A DNA stretch of 64,000 nt from a bacterium (GCA_030616605.1 JAUWWY010000002.1:30404-94403), one strand, 5' to 3'. Numbered from the stretch's first letter, positions 52,844 to 63,505 are shown. Translations and numbers: made by a program. The notes: generated by a model from the letters alone, not told the origin.

Positions 52844-55800
52844 ATGTTTTTCAAGAAAAAGTATTTCAAAAACACTCTTTGCTGGATAGTTATGGTAGCT
52901 CTTTTGTTACAGTCTTTTCCTTTGATAGTTCAAGCTAATTTTTTAAAAGACCTTTTAAAAAAACTTAAATTGCCGGATGAAATCAAACTAGATGAAAAAG
53001 GAGATATTATGTTGGGAGATTGGCGCTTAGCAAAATGTACTTATAAGGATAAAACAGGAAAATGTGTTAATATTTTTTCAGATTTTGAGCTTGGTCAAAG
53101 TCAAGTAAGCTTATTAAACGAACAGGGAAAACCGGATATTATTCAACCAGAGATTCCTGAAATCTGTGAATTAAGAGTCCCTTTGTCCCCGGAAGAAGAA
53201 TTATTAACTAAAGAAGAGAGACGGTCTTTAAGTAAGGCTTGTTCTGATTTGAGAAGAATCCAAAGAGCAGCAGTTAATCAGGTTTATTTTGCTAAAAAAA
53301 TTTTTAACAAGACCGACCCGCTTTCTGATTGTTTGTTTGTAAAAAATTGTAAATCATCCTGCAACCTCCGTTTTGGAGAGATAAGTTATACAATTAGCAT
53401 TCTTGACATCGCTGCTATGTTCCTGCCAATTGGCTGGGTAAACACTCTTAGAAAGATTCTTAGCTTTCTCTCTAAACTCAACAAAATCCGGGCTATATTT
53501 GAACAACTTAAAACTCTTTTAACAGATGGGGTTAAAGTTTTGAATGATATTTTTGAACAAGCAGCCTATCTTAAAACCTTTTATGACTCTCTAAAAAACA
53601 TTTTAAGTATGGTAGAAACAGGGACGAGTTTCGGAAAACTTCTTAAGCATTACAGTGATAATCTTTTTAAGTTTACCAGAGCGAAATCTGAAGCCCAGAG
53701 TTTAATAAGAGACGCTCAATTAGAAACCTTATATTTAATAGATGACTTGAAATACGAGCCAGGAATAGCTTTTCTTTTTAAAGACGATGCTGATTCAAAA
53801 GCAAAAAGGGGAGAACTTCAGGAAATAATGGATGATTATCTTTCTCACCTTGAAACCCCTGACCAACTTACTGGTAGATTAAAAGGGAATAGAGTACCTG
53901 TTCAAACAACCATTGATAGAGAACAAAATAATCCTCTTGACCTTTCTTGTCCTGTGGAACCAACGAGTTGTTATATTTCTTACTCAAGCATACCGGATTA
54001 TTGTTCAGCTTCTCTTTCAAATGGAATCGTTACTTTGGAATGTCCGGAAATAGAATATGAAATTACCTGCACTTCAACACGAACCGCCTTTGGAGACTAT
54101 AAAAAATCTTATACTTTTGAACTCGTAAAGGGTCCAGCAAGTATAAGTACTCATACAGAAATATGCGCAGAGCAAGACGAATATTGGCAACAAGTTTGTC
54201 GTCCTTATACATATTGTGATATTCCAGAGGAAATTCTAGTGGACTGTTCCTCTGCTGAGGTAGGCTGCTACGATAAGTGCGATTTTGGCTGTAATCCATA
54301 TGCATTTAGCCAATATTGTACAACAGAATATTGTGAAACACTTAGAAAGCAATGTTATAAGCTTCAAACTCAAGGATGGGGTTGGCCTTCTAGTGAAGGA
54401 GGTTGTCAGTCATACCCCTATAAATATTTTTGGGAAGGAGTGCTTTACAATACAGGCAAGAACTGCGAGCTTTCCTATCCTCATGAGTTTGGAGAGCATA
54501 GGGTTTCCTGTGAACAAATACCAGGCTCGGTTCGTATCTCCTGCCCAGGAGACTGCACTTTTTCCTGCGCTTCGCCAGGGAATAATTGGTTTAATATCCT
54601 TTATGGTAATCAAGGTATTTATGAAAATATCAGGTCGTTATCTAACACGGTTGATATGCTTATAGGTATCCCTTGGAATATCAATAATCCTGAACAAGGC
54701 TCTTTCATGAAAGAGCTTTTATTAACAGCAAATGACGCTCTAAATGAAGTAATATCTCCTCTTAGGCCATCTCTTTCTTCATTAATCAGTTCTCTTCCAA
54801 AATACTTGGCAACTACAACTCATGCTTTTCCAGGTGACACTAAATACTGGGCAACCACAAGTGAGAGTATTTCAGCTAACACTTATGAAGAAGCTTTAAC
54901 TCAAGCAAGGGCAACTTGTGGATACGATGCTGAACTCATTTTCTTTGACTGGGATAGCGAAATTCAAGTTATCCAAAAAGCTGAATTAGAATTATTAAAA
55001 CAATTCCTTGAATATCTTTTAACAGCTACAACAGCTACAGTGATTGAATCTTTAAATAAGCCATTAGTCAACTTTGAAATAAAAAAAATAGAAGCTGAAC
55101 TTAAAGCTGCAGCAGCTTCAACCACATTTTCAACAGCTTCAAGCACACTTAGACAATTAAAAGGAGAATTAGAAGTTCTCAGACAAGATTTCTCTGATTT
55201 GAATGAGGATATTAAGTATTGGAGCCAGCAGGAAGCCATCTCAACTCCAAGAGCTTATATCTCAAACCTTATTGACATAAAAAATAGTTCCAAAAACATT
55301 TCTGAAGGTAGTCTGTTAGAGAGCAAAAATATTCTTTCTCAACTTATTGCTCTTGGAATAACTAACCAAAACTTTATCGATCTCTTGGGAGAAATCAGTC
55401 TTCTTTTGGGAGAAATAGAAAACTTTCTTGGTTCTTATGAATGTCCGGGTCAAGGATTTCTTGGTCAGCTTAAGTGCTTTGAAGAAACAAATGGAAAAAC
55501 CTTTGAAGAAATAGAAAAGTTCCTCGAAGCTATTGAAGGACTTGAACAAACAGCTTTAACTTTTGATGAAATAAGAAAAAATGTTGTTCAAATTAAACCT
55601 ACTCTTGAAATTCGCCCTTTAGAAGTAGAGGATATAGCAGACCTTGATAGTTTTGAGGAATTTGGAGAAAAGCTTTGGCAAAGCCCGCTTTCCTATCTTG
55701 ATGACTTATTCTATGGCGAGAAAGGTATAGAAAATTACTTGGCTGATATAAAAAATGACTTAGAAAATTTAAAAAATATTGATATTCTTAGTCAACAAGC

Positions 55801-57313
55801 CTTGGATGAAATAGAAAAAATTAAAGATGAAAAATGCCCAACTTTAGAGCTTCTGATTTTTGGTAATGAAGATTTAAGGAATTGCTGTCATGCTTTAGAC
55901 TTTATTTTAAAACGCGACCCAGAAAACATAGAAGAAGAATGTAATGACCCGGCAAACACTTGTCTGCTTAGTGGTAATGAATTGATTACTGGTTGCCAAT
56001 TTAATCAAGAATTAACTGAATTAATCTCAGATTTAACTGGAAATGAATTGGCTGATGATTGTCAGTTCCGAGATGCATTAACCTTAGCCCTCATTGAACA
56101 AGAACTTACCTTAGCAGACCTTGAACTAATAGAAAATCTTCCAGAATGGTGGGAAAATAATGTATGCGAAGAAATTCCAAAAAAGATACCTGATGTAATA
56201 GAATGTAAAAGACGTGTAGGATGTCACATGACATTTAAAGACAATCCTGCTTATGAAAATTGTCTATCTTTTGCAGCAACCCTGGATATCCAATACATAA
56301 CAAAACTATTAACAGAAGAATTTAAAGACCTATGTATTAAATTGAATTATCAAAAAGCCCTAAAAAAAGATTGTAATGATTTCTTCCTTTTGAAGAAAGC
56401 TTTAAAAAATGAATGCGGAACTGATGAAAATTGTCTAAATCTAAGGACAGAACTTTCAGAGAGTTGTATTGGTTGTGATGGCTGTCTCTGGGAAGCGATA
56501 CCAGATTTAACTGAGAAAGAAAATGGGGAATATAAAGAATTAGACAAAATAAGATTTGTCTGCACTACTAAATTAAGCGATATCAGCACTCCCTTAGAAG
56601 AGATTCTAAAGGTTTATTCTGTGCTTTTAGGAATAAAATCATCAACCAGGTTTGTTCGGGGGATAGGAACTTCTATTGAGGATGCAAAAAAAGCTTATGA
56701 AAGCGCCCAGAAATTAATAACAATGATAAAAGAACTCCCAGAAGCACTTAAGGAGGGTTGGGAAGAACCAGACGTGGAAAGTGGTTTTAAAATTGGCATG
56801 CCGGAATGCATACCCAGGCCGGCTGTCAGTTATATTGACAATAAGGAAGTAACCGGAATTGAAGGAGGGCCGGTTTGCCCAAGAATTAATTATCTTTTCT
56901 CAATAATTGAATCTAATTTCGCTCTAATGAGACAGAGTTTAAACCGTATTAATCTGCTTCGGAAAGAGGAAAAATGGTGGGGTTTTGAAATCGGCCAAAT
57001 AAGAGTAAGTCTTATAAAAACCTATCCTAATTATAATGGAGGAGAGGGTCCTTATTTTGAAAAAGTTGATTCTCTTTATAACCAAGCAGAAGCTATAAAA
57101 ACGAGAGCTCAAAATCTTTGGGCTATAGCTACGGCTGTAAATTTTGCCAACACCAACTGCACCTGCGGCCAAAGTTTTTGCAAGTTTCCCTTTTGTATTT
57201 CCGGCATTCCTTTAACCCTTTCTCCTTTAAAAGACCCTTATTGTTATTTAATTTATATTCTCCGTTATGTTCTTCTACGTCAAGCCGAAGTCTTGGAAGG
57301 TCACATAAAATAA
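52844..57313 (+). CDS. Giant (1489 aa) secreted Cys-rich protein, function unknown
   Basis: N-terminal signal peptide. Dense Cys clusters at roughly aa 360-570 and near the C-terminus. No motif I recognise. Confidence 0.55.
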   Translation: MFFKKKYFKNTLCWIVMVALLLQSFPLIVQANFLKDLLKKLKLPDEIKLDEKGDIMLGDWRLAKCTYKDKTGKCVNIFSDFELGQSQVSLLNEQGKPDIIQPEIPEICELRVPLSPEEELLTKEERRSLSKACSDLRRIQRAAVNQVYFAKKIFNKTDPLSDCLFVKNCKSSCNLRFGEISYTISILDIAAMFLPIGWVNTLRKILSFLSKLNKIRAIFEQLKTLLTDGVKVLNDIFEQAAYLKTFYDSLKNILSMVETGTSFGKLLKHYSDNLFKFTRAKSEAQSLIRDAQLETLYLIDDLKYEPGIAFLFKDDADSKAKRGELQEIMDDYLSHLETPDQLTGRLKGNRVPVQTTIDREQNNPLDLSCPVEPTSCYISYSSIPDYCSASLSNGIVTLECPEIEYEITCTSTRTAFGDYKKSYTFELVKGPASISTHTEICAEQDEYWQQVCRPYTYCDIPEEILVDCSSAEVGCYDKCDFGCNPYAFSQYCTTEYCETLRKQCYKLQTQGWGWPSSEGGCQSYPYKYFWEGVLYNTGKNCELSYPHEFGEHRVSCEQIPGSVRISCPGDCTFSCASPGNNWFNILYGNQGIYENIRSLSNTVDMLIGIPWNINNPEQGSFMKELLLTANDALNEVISPLRPSLSSLISSLPKYLATTTHAFPGDTKYWATTSESISANTYEEALTQARATCGYDAELIFFDWDSEIQVIQKAELELLKQFLEYLLTATTATVIESLNKPLVNFEIKKIEAELKAAAASTTFSTASSTLRQLKGELEVLRQDFSDLNEDIKYWSQQEAISTPRAYISNLIDIKNSSKNISEGSLLESKNILSQLIALGITNQNFIDLLGEISLLLGEIENFLGSYECPGQGFLGQLKCFEETNGKTFEEIEKFLEAIEGLEQTALTFDEIRKNVVQIKPTLEIRPLEVEDIADLDSFEEFGEKLWQSPLSYLDDLFYGEKGIENYLADIKNDLENLKNIDILSQQALDEIEKIKDEKCPTLELLIFGNEDLRNCCHALDFILKRDPENIEEECNDPANTCLLSGNELITGCQFNQELTELISDLTGNELADDCQFRDALTLALIEQELTLADLELIENLPEWWENNVCEEIPKKIPDVIECKRRVGCHMTFKDNPAYENCLSFAATLDIQYITKLLTEEFKDLCIKLNYQKALKKDCNDFFLLKKALKNECGTDENCLNLRTELSESCIGCDGCLWEAIPDLTEKENGEYKELDKIRFVCTTKLSDISTPLEEILKVYSVLLGIKSSTRFVRGIGTSIEDAKKAYESAQKLITMIKELPEALKEGWEEPDVESGFKIGMPECIPRPAVSYIDNKEVTGIEGGPVCPRINYLFSIIESNFALMRQSLNRINLLRKEEKWWGFEIGQIRVSLIKTYPNYNGGEGPYFEKVDSLYNQAEAIKTRAQNLWAIATAVNFANTNCTCGQSFCKFPFCISGIPLTLSPLKDPYCYLIYILRYVLLRQAEVLEGHIK

Positions 57314-57326
57314 ATTAAAATAAAGT

Positions 57327-58361
57327 ATGTTAAAAAAATCTAAAATTTATCTTGGTTTCTTGATAGTAATTTTAATCCCAATTCTTTTAGTTTTTGCTTT
57401 TTTAGCAAATAAAAAAACTTTGGTTTCTGCTCAAGCCGGTCTGGTTTGTGACGAACCAATTCCAACTGGAGAAAGCCTTGAACAAGGTTTAGAATTAATG
57501 AGTGATGCTTATCGCGAACTCCAAAATCTTAGAGACTACCTTACTTTTGCTATTGAAGAATTTCAATCAGAAGTTAGTGACTTATACCAAGACGCGGAAG
57601 AGGTTTGTAATTTCTCAGTCTGTCGGCCCCAGGTTATTGATATTGCCCCGGCTCTTAAGCTTAAGGTTTCTTATATTTTCGGCACTAAAACTCTTATTGG
57701 AGCCCATATTCCTCTCTGTACTCCAAAAGATTGTGCTGGAAACCCTTGTCCTGACCTTGATGACCATCTTGAAGTATTAGAAGCAATGAAAAATGGAATA
57801 AATGGTTCTTATGAGATTATCAGGGATATTTTTACTCAAGAGACAGTTCCAATTACTATGGATATAAAAAGGGAAACAGAGGAATTGGGTCAGTTTATTA
57901 CAAAAGCGGAATTAGCCAGAAGAAAATTAGAATTGAGCCGAGAGTGGCTTCATCCTACAGCTGAAGCACAAAAAAGAAGTTGTGCTTTATCAGAACTGGA
58001 AAGAAAAAAAGTTGATGCTGGAGAAATAGGGGATAGATATCCAATGAGATGCACTGATGCTTTAAGCCAGGGACTTTATTGGCCAAGAGCTTGGTCAGAA
58101 AGTTGTCAAGATGATTGTAAAGAAGGCCCAACCGAGGAGTGTAAAACTTGTCTTGGACAAGACCCGGGACTATTTGCATCTGTTTTAGCTAAAATTAACT
58201 TTAAAATCTATGGAATTTGTGGAACTTTTTGTCAAGAAGAACTCAGTTTAGAATGTTTAAATTGTCTTTGTGCTGACTTATCTGAAAAAGAATGTACTAC
58301 CTGGCTCTGCGGCGGAAATTATAATAATTATGTTTGCTGTCATGAGACTCCTTTAGAGTAA
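57327..58361 (+). CDS. Secreted Cys-rich protein (344 aa), function unknown
   Basis: Signal/TM N-terminus. C-terminal CKEGPTEECKTCLG...CGTFC...CLNCLC...CTTWLCGG...VCCH. Confidence 0.55.
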   Translation: MLKKSKIYLGFLIVILIPILLVFAFLANKKTLVSAQAGLVCDEPIPTGESLEQGLELMSDAYRELQNLRDYLTFAIEEFQSEVSDLYQDAEEVCNFSVCRPQVIDIAPALKLKVSYIFGTKTLIGAHIPLCTPKDCAGNPCPDLDDHLEVLEAMKNGINGSYEIIRDIFTQETVPITMDIKRETEELGQFITKAELARRKLELSREWLHPTAEAQKRSCALSELERKKVDAGEIGDRYPMRCTDALSQGLYWPRAWSESCQDDCKEGPTEECKTCLGQDPGLFASVLAKINFKIYGICGTFCQEELSLECLNCLCADLSEKECTTWLCGGNYNNYVCCHETPLE

Positions 58362-58373
58362 TTTACAAAATCT

Positions 58374-60083
58374 ATGTTTAAAAATTCAACAAAAATCCTT
58401 ATAATTGTTTTATTGTTTTTACCGGTTTTTAGTTTTGCTGCTTTAGATTTAGAATATGGCTACCCTGAACTGCCTAGTGGTCAAACTATAAGCACTGCCA
58501 GTTCTCTTGGTGACGTTATTACCTATTTTGTAGCCTGGGCTATTATAATTGGAGCTTTAATTGCTTTTATTTCTTTAATTATTGCTGGAACACAATATCT
58601 TGCCTCAACCGGCAGACCAGAGGTAATGGGACAAGCAAAAAACAGGATTTTTAATTCTTTTTTGGGTTTAATAATTTTATTGGGTTCTTATCTAATTCTA
58701 ATTACCATTAACCCTCAATTAATAGTTATGGAGATTGAAAAAGTGCCGATTGAATACGGTATAGTTTTATTAACAGAAACTGGTGCCAACTCGCTGAATG
58801 CTGGTGATTCTGTTGAAGATATTGTTAAAGATGGAGAAGCTGCCTATCTGCCCTACAAACTTCCAGATGCTGAAGAAAAATTTAAAAACCTTGAAAGTGT
58901 TGAAGGTAGTGTAACTGTTGTAACAAAAGTAAATTTTAAAGATTTTAAAATAAAATCAATTGGCTTTTTAAAAAACACTTGGGACACAGCTAAAATTATT
59001 ACTTATGCTGAAAAAGATTTCAAAAAATTCAAAGAAGGAGAAGATGGAGCGGCTAAAGAATATACTTCTGATGGAAAATTAAATGAAGATGGTCAGCCGA
59101 TTCCTGGGACTATGGCTGAAATTAGTGGAATAAAAGTAGTTAATTTAGATTTTTTTGATACAAAAGTAAAATATATAAATTTATACCTTACCGAACCCAC
59201 AGAGGAAAAAGAAATAGTCTTTCACCCTCCCTTATCTTTTGAAAGAAAAACTCTCAGGACTGGGGTTTTTCTTTACTCTGATAAACCAGGATATGAAGAA
59301 CGTTTAGATTCAAGCGTGGAAGATTTTCATAATATTGATTTCAATGATGAAACCAAGAGAATTGAAATTAAAAATGATGAAGCACATAAATATATTGCTG
59401 TTTTACATGAAGATGCTCATTGGTCAGACCAATTAAGAATCTTTTTTCAAAGATTTGAGTATCCAGAGGGAAGCGGCAAATATGTTGGCAACCTAATATC
59501 AGATATCCCCCGAAAAACTATCAGAGACCCAATAATTGACCAATATGGAAGAATAAAAAAACCTTCTTCAATTCATATTAAACAACTGAGTGATGACTCT
59601 TCTACTTGTAAACAAGTTCAAATCTGTACCGGAACTGAATTTCTTGGAGAATGTTTTGTCTATCTTCCTCCCGAAGAAAGTATTGAGCTCAATGAAAATG
59701 TCTGGCTTGCCACCAGCACTTTGCCGATTTATATGCCTCAAAACATTATAGAAAGTACAGTAAAAAAATTAAAGGAAGATGAAACAATTGAAACTAAAAC
59801 AATAGAATTTAGCCAGAAAATAAACTCTATTAAAATTGAGGGGAATTGTTTAGTAGTTCTTTTTGAAAAAAAAATTCACTCAGAAAGAGATGCTGAGTGT
59901 TCTACAAATCCAGAGAAATGTTGGGAAGGAGGAGGAGGGCCAGGCAAACATTCTGAAGTTTTTACTGGAAGTGATACTGATTTAAGCGATAATCCAATTA
60001 ATGGATGTAGACCCTTAAAGGGTTTTGCCTTCTGGACTACCAACCCTTGTGCTTCATCAATCGCTATCTACTCAATAAAGTAA
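58374..60083 (+). CDS. Protein with an N-terminal VirB2/TrbC-like pilin module and a ~450-aa ectodomain
   Basis: Signal peptide, two TM helices, and the motif G.QYL.S.G.P......K.RI....LGL.IL..SYL.L..INPQL shared with the 47822 product. Confidence 0.6.
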   Translation: MFKNSTKILIIVLLFLPVFSFAALDLEYGYPELPSGQTISTASSLGDVITYFVAWAIIIGALIAFISLIIAGTQYLASTGRPEVMGQAKNRIFNSFLGLIILLGSYLILITINPQLIVMEIEKVPIEYGIVLLTETGANSLNAGDSVEDIVKDGEAAYLPYKLPDAEEKFKNLESVEGSVTVVTKVNFKDFKIKSIGFLKNTWDTAKIITYAEKDFKKFKEGEDGAAKEYTSDGKLNEDGQPIPGTMAEISGIKVVNLDFFDTKVKYINLYLTEPTEEKEIVFHPPLSFERKTLRTGVFLYSDKPGYEERLDSSVEDFHNIDFNDETKRIEIKNDEAHKYIAVLHEDAHWSDQLRIFFQRFEYPEGSGKYVGNLISDIPRKTIRDPIIDQYGRIKKPSSIHIKQLSDDSSTCKQVQICTGTEFLGECFVYLPPEESIELNENVWLATSTLPIYMPQNIIESTVKKLKEDETIETKTIEFSQKINSIKIEGNCLVVLFEKKIHSERDAECSTNPEKCWEGGGGPGKHSEVFTGSDTDLSDNPINGCRPLKGFAFWTTNPCASSIAIYSIK

Positions 60084-60092
60084 TATAAGCAC

Positions 60093-60542
60093 TTATCTTG
60101 GTTTTATAATCAGTTTTCTATCTGGTTCCTCTCCCTGACTTTCGGTTAAAATATCTTCTCTTTTGTTTAAAGTAAGATGGATTATTCTCCTCTCAAAAGG
60201 AGTCATTGAAGATAAAACTTTCTCTTTTTTGGTTAAAGCAACTTCATCAGCTGTATTTTTTGCTACTTCTTTTAAATAATCAATTTTCTTTTTCTTATAC
60301 TGATTAATATCAAAATCAACAAAAATTTTCTCTTCAAGTTGCTTATTTAAAATTTTGGCTAAGAGGTATTGAATATTAATTAAAGTTTTGCCTCTTTTAC
60401 CAATTAAAATCTCTGGGTTTTCTGTTTCAAGTTCAAAAGAAACTGTATTATCTTTTATCTCAATCTTCTCTGGACTTTCTTCTAAACTCATTTTATCAAA
60501 GAACTCTTTAATTATTTTCTCTATTCTTTTTTTATCTTTCAT
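60093..60542 (-). CDS. jag: Jag-like KH/R3H RNA-binding protein
   Basis: KH motif IGKRGKTLINIQYL and R3H motif PFERRIIHLTL. Sits downstream of yidC. Confidence 0.8.
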   Translation of the reverse strand: MKDKKRIEKIIKEFFDKMSLEESPEKIEIKDNTVSFELETENPEILIGKRGKTLINIQYLLAKILNKQLEEKIFVDFDINQYKKKKIDYLKEVAKNTADEVALTKKEKVLSSMTPFERRIIHLTLNKREDILTESQGEEPDRKLIIKPR

Positions 60543-61251
60543 AATTAGTTTTTAATTTCTTACCAACTAAATAATATTCTCCGATTGAAAACAAGGTGCT
60601 TGTTATCCAATAAAGACCAATAATTGAACCAAATTTCCAAACAATAAAAATAGTTAAAAGGGGGAAAAAATAAATCATCTGAGACTGAATCATTTGGCCG
60701 GGGTCTTTTTTTTCTGGTCTTTTTTTGGGTAAAGAAAGTTTTGACTGAAAAAATTGTAAAATTCCAGCAACTAAAGCCAAAATAATATTGGGCTTACCCA
60801 AATCAATTATCCCTAAAAACATTAAATTTATTGATTCAGGATAAGAAATAAAACTATAAAGGGTTGTTCTTAAGGCTTCTGGCTTCAGCCCTCTTAAAAA
60901 AACTTGATATAAGGCAATAAGAATCGGCAATTGAAAAAGTAAAGGGAAACAGCCAGAAAATGGATTAACTTTTGTTTTTTTATAAAATTCCATCATTGCC
61001 TGGGACTGCTTCTGTTTATCCTTTTTATACTTTTCCTGAATTTCTTTGATTTTGGGTTGTAAATCAGCAAGAAGTTTTTGAGAACGAATTGCCTTTAAAG
61101 AGATTGGGGAAAGAATAAGTTTAATTATTAAAGTTAATAAAATTATTGCTATACCAAAATCATGCCCGGGAAAATAAATATAGAGTAAAATCAGAAGATT
61201 CAATAATGGCTGATAGAGAACTGTATTGAAGAATTGTATTAGAAAATTCAT
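60532..61251 (-). CDS. yidC: Membrane protein insertase YidC (short form)
   Basis: 239 aa. KYKKDKQKQSQAMMEFYKKTKVNPFSGCFPLLFQLPI is typical of YidC/Oxa1. Confidence 0.9.
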   Translation of the reverse strand: MNFLIQFFNTVLYQPLLNLLILLYIYFPGHDFGIAIILLTLIIKLILSPISLKAIRSQKLLADLQPKIKEIQEKYKKDKQKQSQAMMEFYKKTKVNPFSGCFPLLFQLPILIALYQVFLRGLKPEALRTTLYSFISYPESINLMFLGIIDLGKPNIILALVAGILQFFQSKLSLPKKRPEKKDPGQMIQSQMIYFFPLLTIFIVWKFGSIIGLYWITSTLFSIGEYYLVGKKLKTNYER

Positions 61252-61263
61252 TTGCTTAATTTT

Positions 61264-61485
61264 TTAAGGAATATCTACCCCACCTTTATTAAAGGGGTTA
61301 CATCTCAATAGTCTAAAAAAAGATAAAATCAATCCTTTTAAAATTCCATATTTTTTTATAACTAAAATACTGTATTCCGAACAACAAGGATAAAATCTAC
61401 AATTCCCCCCTAAATAAACTGAAATAAATTTCTGATAAATTTTAATTATTTTAAAAATTAAATTTTGGATCATAAACTTAATCAC
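61264..61485 (-). CDS. yidD: Membrane protein insertion efficiency factor YidD
   Basis: CRFYPCCSEY...GGVDIP. Confidence 0.85.
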   Translation of the reverse strand: MIKFMIQNLIFKIIKIYQKFISVYLGGNCRFYPCCSEYSILVIKKYGILKGLILSFFRLLRCNPFNKGGVDIP

Positions 61486-61823
61486 TTAATCAGTTTCGCT
61501 TTTTCAAGAAGTTTTTCTATTATCTCTTTTATTTCTCTAAAATCTATTTCTTCAATCCCTTTTTTGCTTAAAAAAATAATGTCGTAACCCGTTTTAATCT
61601 GAGATAATTTATTTTTTATAACTTCCCTAAGTCTCCGTTTTACCTTATTCCGCTCTTTTGCTTTTTTTGAAATTTTTAGAGAAACAACAAATCCAAATCG
61701 ACTTTCTTTTAAGTTATTTTCTAATTTCTTTAAAATTAAAAATTTCTCAAAAAAAACCTTCCCTTTTTTAAAGACTAAATCAAAACTTTTCTTTTTCTTT
61801 AATCGATGTTTCTTTGGTAACAT
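61482..61823 (-). CDS. rnpA: RNase P protein component
   Basis: 113 aa, basic, with the RNR-like motif KAKERNKVKRRLRE. Position between rpmH and yidD. Confidence 0.85.
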   Translation of the reverse strand: MLPKKHRLKKKKSFDLVFKKGKVFFEKFLILKKLENNLKESRFGFVVSLKISKKAKERNKVKRRLREVIKNKLSQIKTGYDIIFLSKKGIEEIDFREIKEIIEKLLEKAKLIK

Positions 61824-61836
61824 TTTATCTCAGTCT

Positions 61837-61971
61837 TCAAGCCGTCAGTTTTTTTCTCTTCTTTTTTCTCCGCCTTAAAAGAATTTTTCTCCCATTTTTG
61901 GTTTTTTGTCGGGCTCTAAAACCGTGAGTTTTCTTTCTTTTTTTTCTTTTCGGTTGATAGGTTAAACTCAT
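61837..61971 (-). CDS. rpmH: 50S ribosomal protein L34
   Basis: Below the ORF-track size cutoff. Hand translation gives [44 protein letters not shown]. Confidence 0.9.
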   Translation of the reverse strand: MSLTYQPKRKKRKKTHGFRARQKTKNGRKILLRRRKKKRKKLTA

Positions 61972-62131
61972 TAAATAAATATAACTTTTATTCATTTTTT
62001 AGTCAATTCTTTTTCTAAACAGATTATCCCCAATTTTTTAACAAAGATTGGGGTTTTGTTGATTTCTCAACTAACTTGCAATAGTATTAAACTAGACTCA
62101 TAATAAAATATTATTAATTATTAATTTTAAC

Positions 62132-63505
62132 ATGACCAACCAAGAACTTTGGCAAACTGTTTTAGCTCAAATTCAATTTTCAGTCTCTCGGGCAAATTTT
62201 GCTACTTGGTTTAAAAATACAAAAATCTATTCCAAAAAAAGTGGGGAAGTTATAATTTATGTTGAAAACTCTTTTTCAAAAGAATGGTTAGCTAATAAAT
62301 ATTCCTCTTTGATTTTAAAAATTTTAAGAAGCTTAGAAAAGGATATAAAAAGTATAAAATTTTTAGTCAATTCAGAAAAAAAACCCTCTTTAAATATCCA
62401 GGTTTCTCAAAAAGAAGAAAAAATAGAATCTCCTCAATTAATCCTTAAAGAATTAACGGTTGACCAAAAAACAAATCTTAATCCTTGTTACACTTTTGAA
62501 AATTTTGTAGTTGGAAGGTTCAATGAACTAACTCAGGCAGCTGCTTGGGCTATTTCTGAAAATCCGGGATTTGTTTATAATCCTTTATTTATTTACGGGG
62601 GAGTTGGCCTTGGGAAAACCCATCTCTTACAAGCGACCGGCAATCGAATAACTAAATTATTTCCTCAAAAGAAAGTAAAATATATTCTCTGTGAAAGATT
62701 TGTCTCTGGAATGGTAAATGCTATTAAAGAGCATAAAATAGCAAATTTTAAAAAGGAACTCAAAGAAGTTGATGTTTTAATTATGGATGATGTTCAATTT
62801 TTCGCCGGGAAAGAAAAATCTCAAGAAGAATTTTATCATATCTATAATCTTTTGCATCAATCTCAAAAACAAATCATTCTTTCTTCAGACAGATCTCCGA
62901 AATCTATTCCAGCCCTTGAAGAAAGATTAAAATCAAGATTTGAAGGGGGCATGATAGCTGATATAAGTATTCCTGATTATGAAACCAGAATAGCAATTTT
63001 AAAAACAAAATGTGAAGAAAAAGATATAGAATTAAATTCGGAAGTTTTAGAGTATGTTTCTTCAAATATTAGAACTAATATCCGGGAAATGGAAGGAGCT
63101 TTAAATAGATTAATATTTTTTAAAAAAATTAATAATAAAAATCCTGATTTAGAAATCGCAAAAAAACTTTTAGGGAATTTAATTAATATCCCCAGAAAAA
63201 AAACTACTTCTAAAAAAATTATTCAAACTATAAATGAATTTTACGACTTGAATAAAGAAGAAATACTCTTATCAACCAGAAGAAAAGAAATTGTCAGACC
63301 AAGACAAATAGCAATGTATCTTTTGAGAGAAGAGTTAAATGAATCATTTCCTTCAATAGGAAGAAAATTCAATGGGAAAGACCATACTACTGCAATGTAT
63401 TCCTGTATAAAAATAGCAAAAGAAATTAAAGAAAATGATGAATTATTATCAGAAATAAATTTAATTCGTCAAAAATTATATAGTGGATTAATTGAGGAAA
63501 AATAG
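62132..63505 (+). CDS. dnaA: Chromosomal replication initiator protein DnaA
   Basis: 457 aa. AAA+ Walker A GGVGLGKTHL, Walker B LIMDDVQF, and the C-terminal DNA-binding helix GRKFNGKDHTTAMY. Confidence 0.95.
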   Translation: MTNQELWQTVLAQIQFSVSRANFATWFKNTKIYSKKSGEVIIYVENSFSKEWLANKYSSLILKILRSLEKDIKSIKFLVNSEKKPSLNIQVSQKEEKIESPQLILKELTVDQKTNLNPCYTFENFVVGRFNELTQAAAWAISENPGFVYNPLFIYGGVGLGKTHLLQATGNRITKLFPQKKVKYILCERFVSGMVNAIKEHKIANFKKELKEVDVLIMDDVQFFAGKEKSQEEFYHIYNLLHQSQKQIILSSDRSPKSIPALEERLKSRFEGGMIADISIPDYETRIAILKTKCEEKDIELNSEVLEYVSSNIRTNIREMEGALNRLIFFKKINNKNPDLEIAKKLLGNLINIPRKKTTSKKIIQTINEFYDLNKEEILLSTRRKEIVRPRQIAMYLLREELNESFPSIGRKFNGKDHTTAMYSCIKIAKEIKENDELLSEINLIRQKLYSGLIEEK

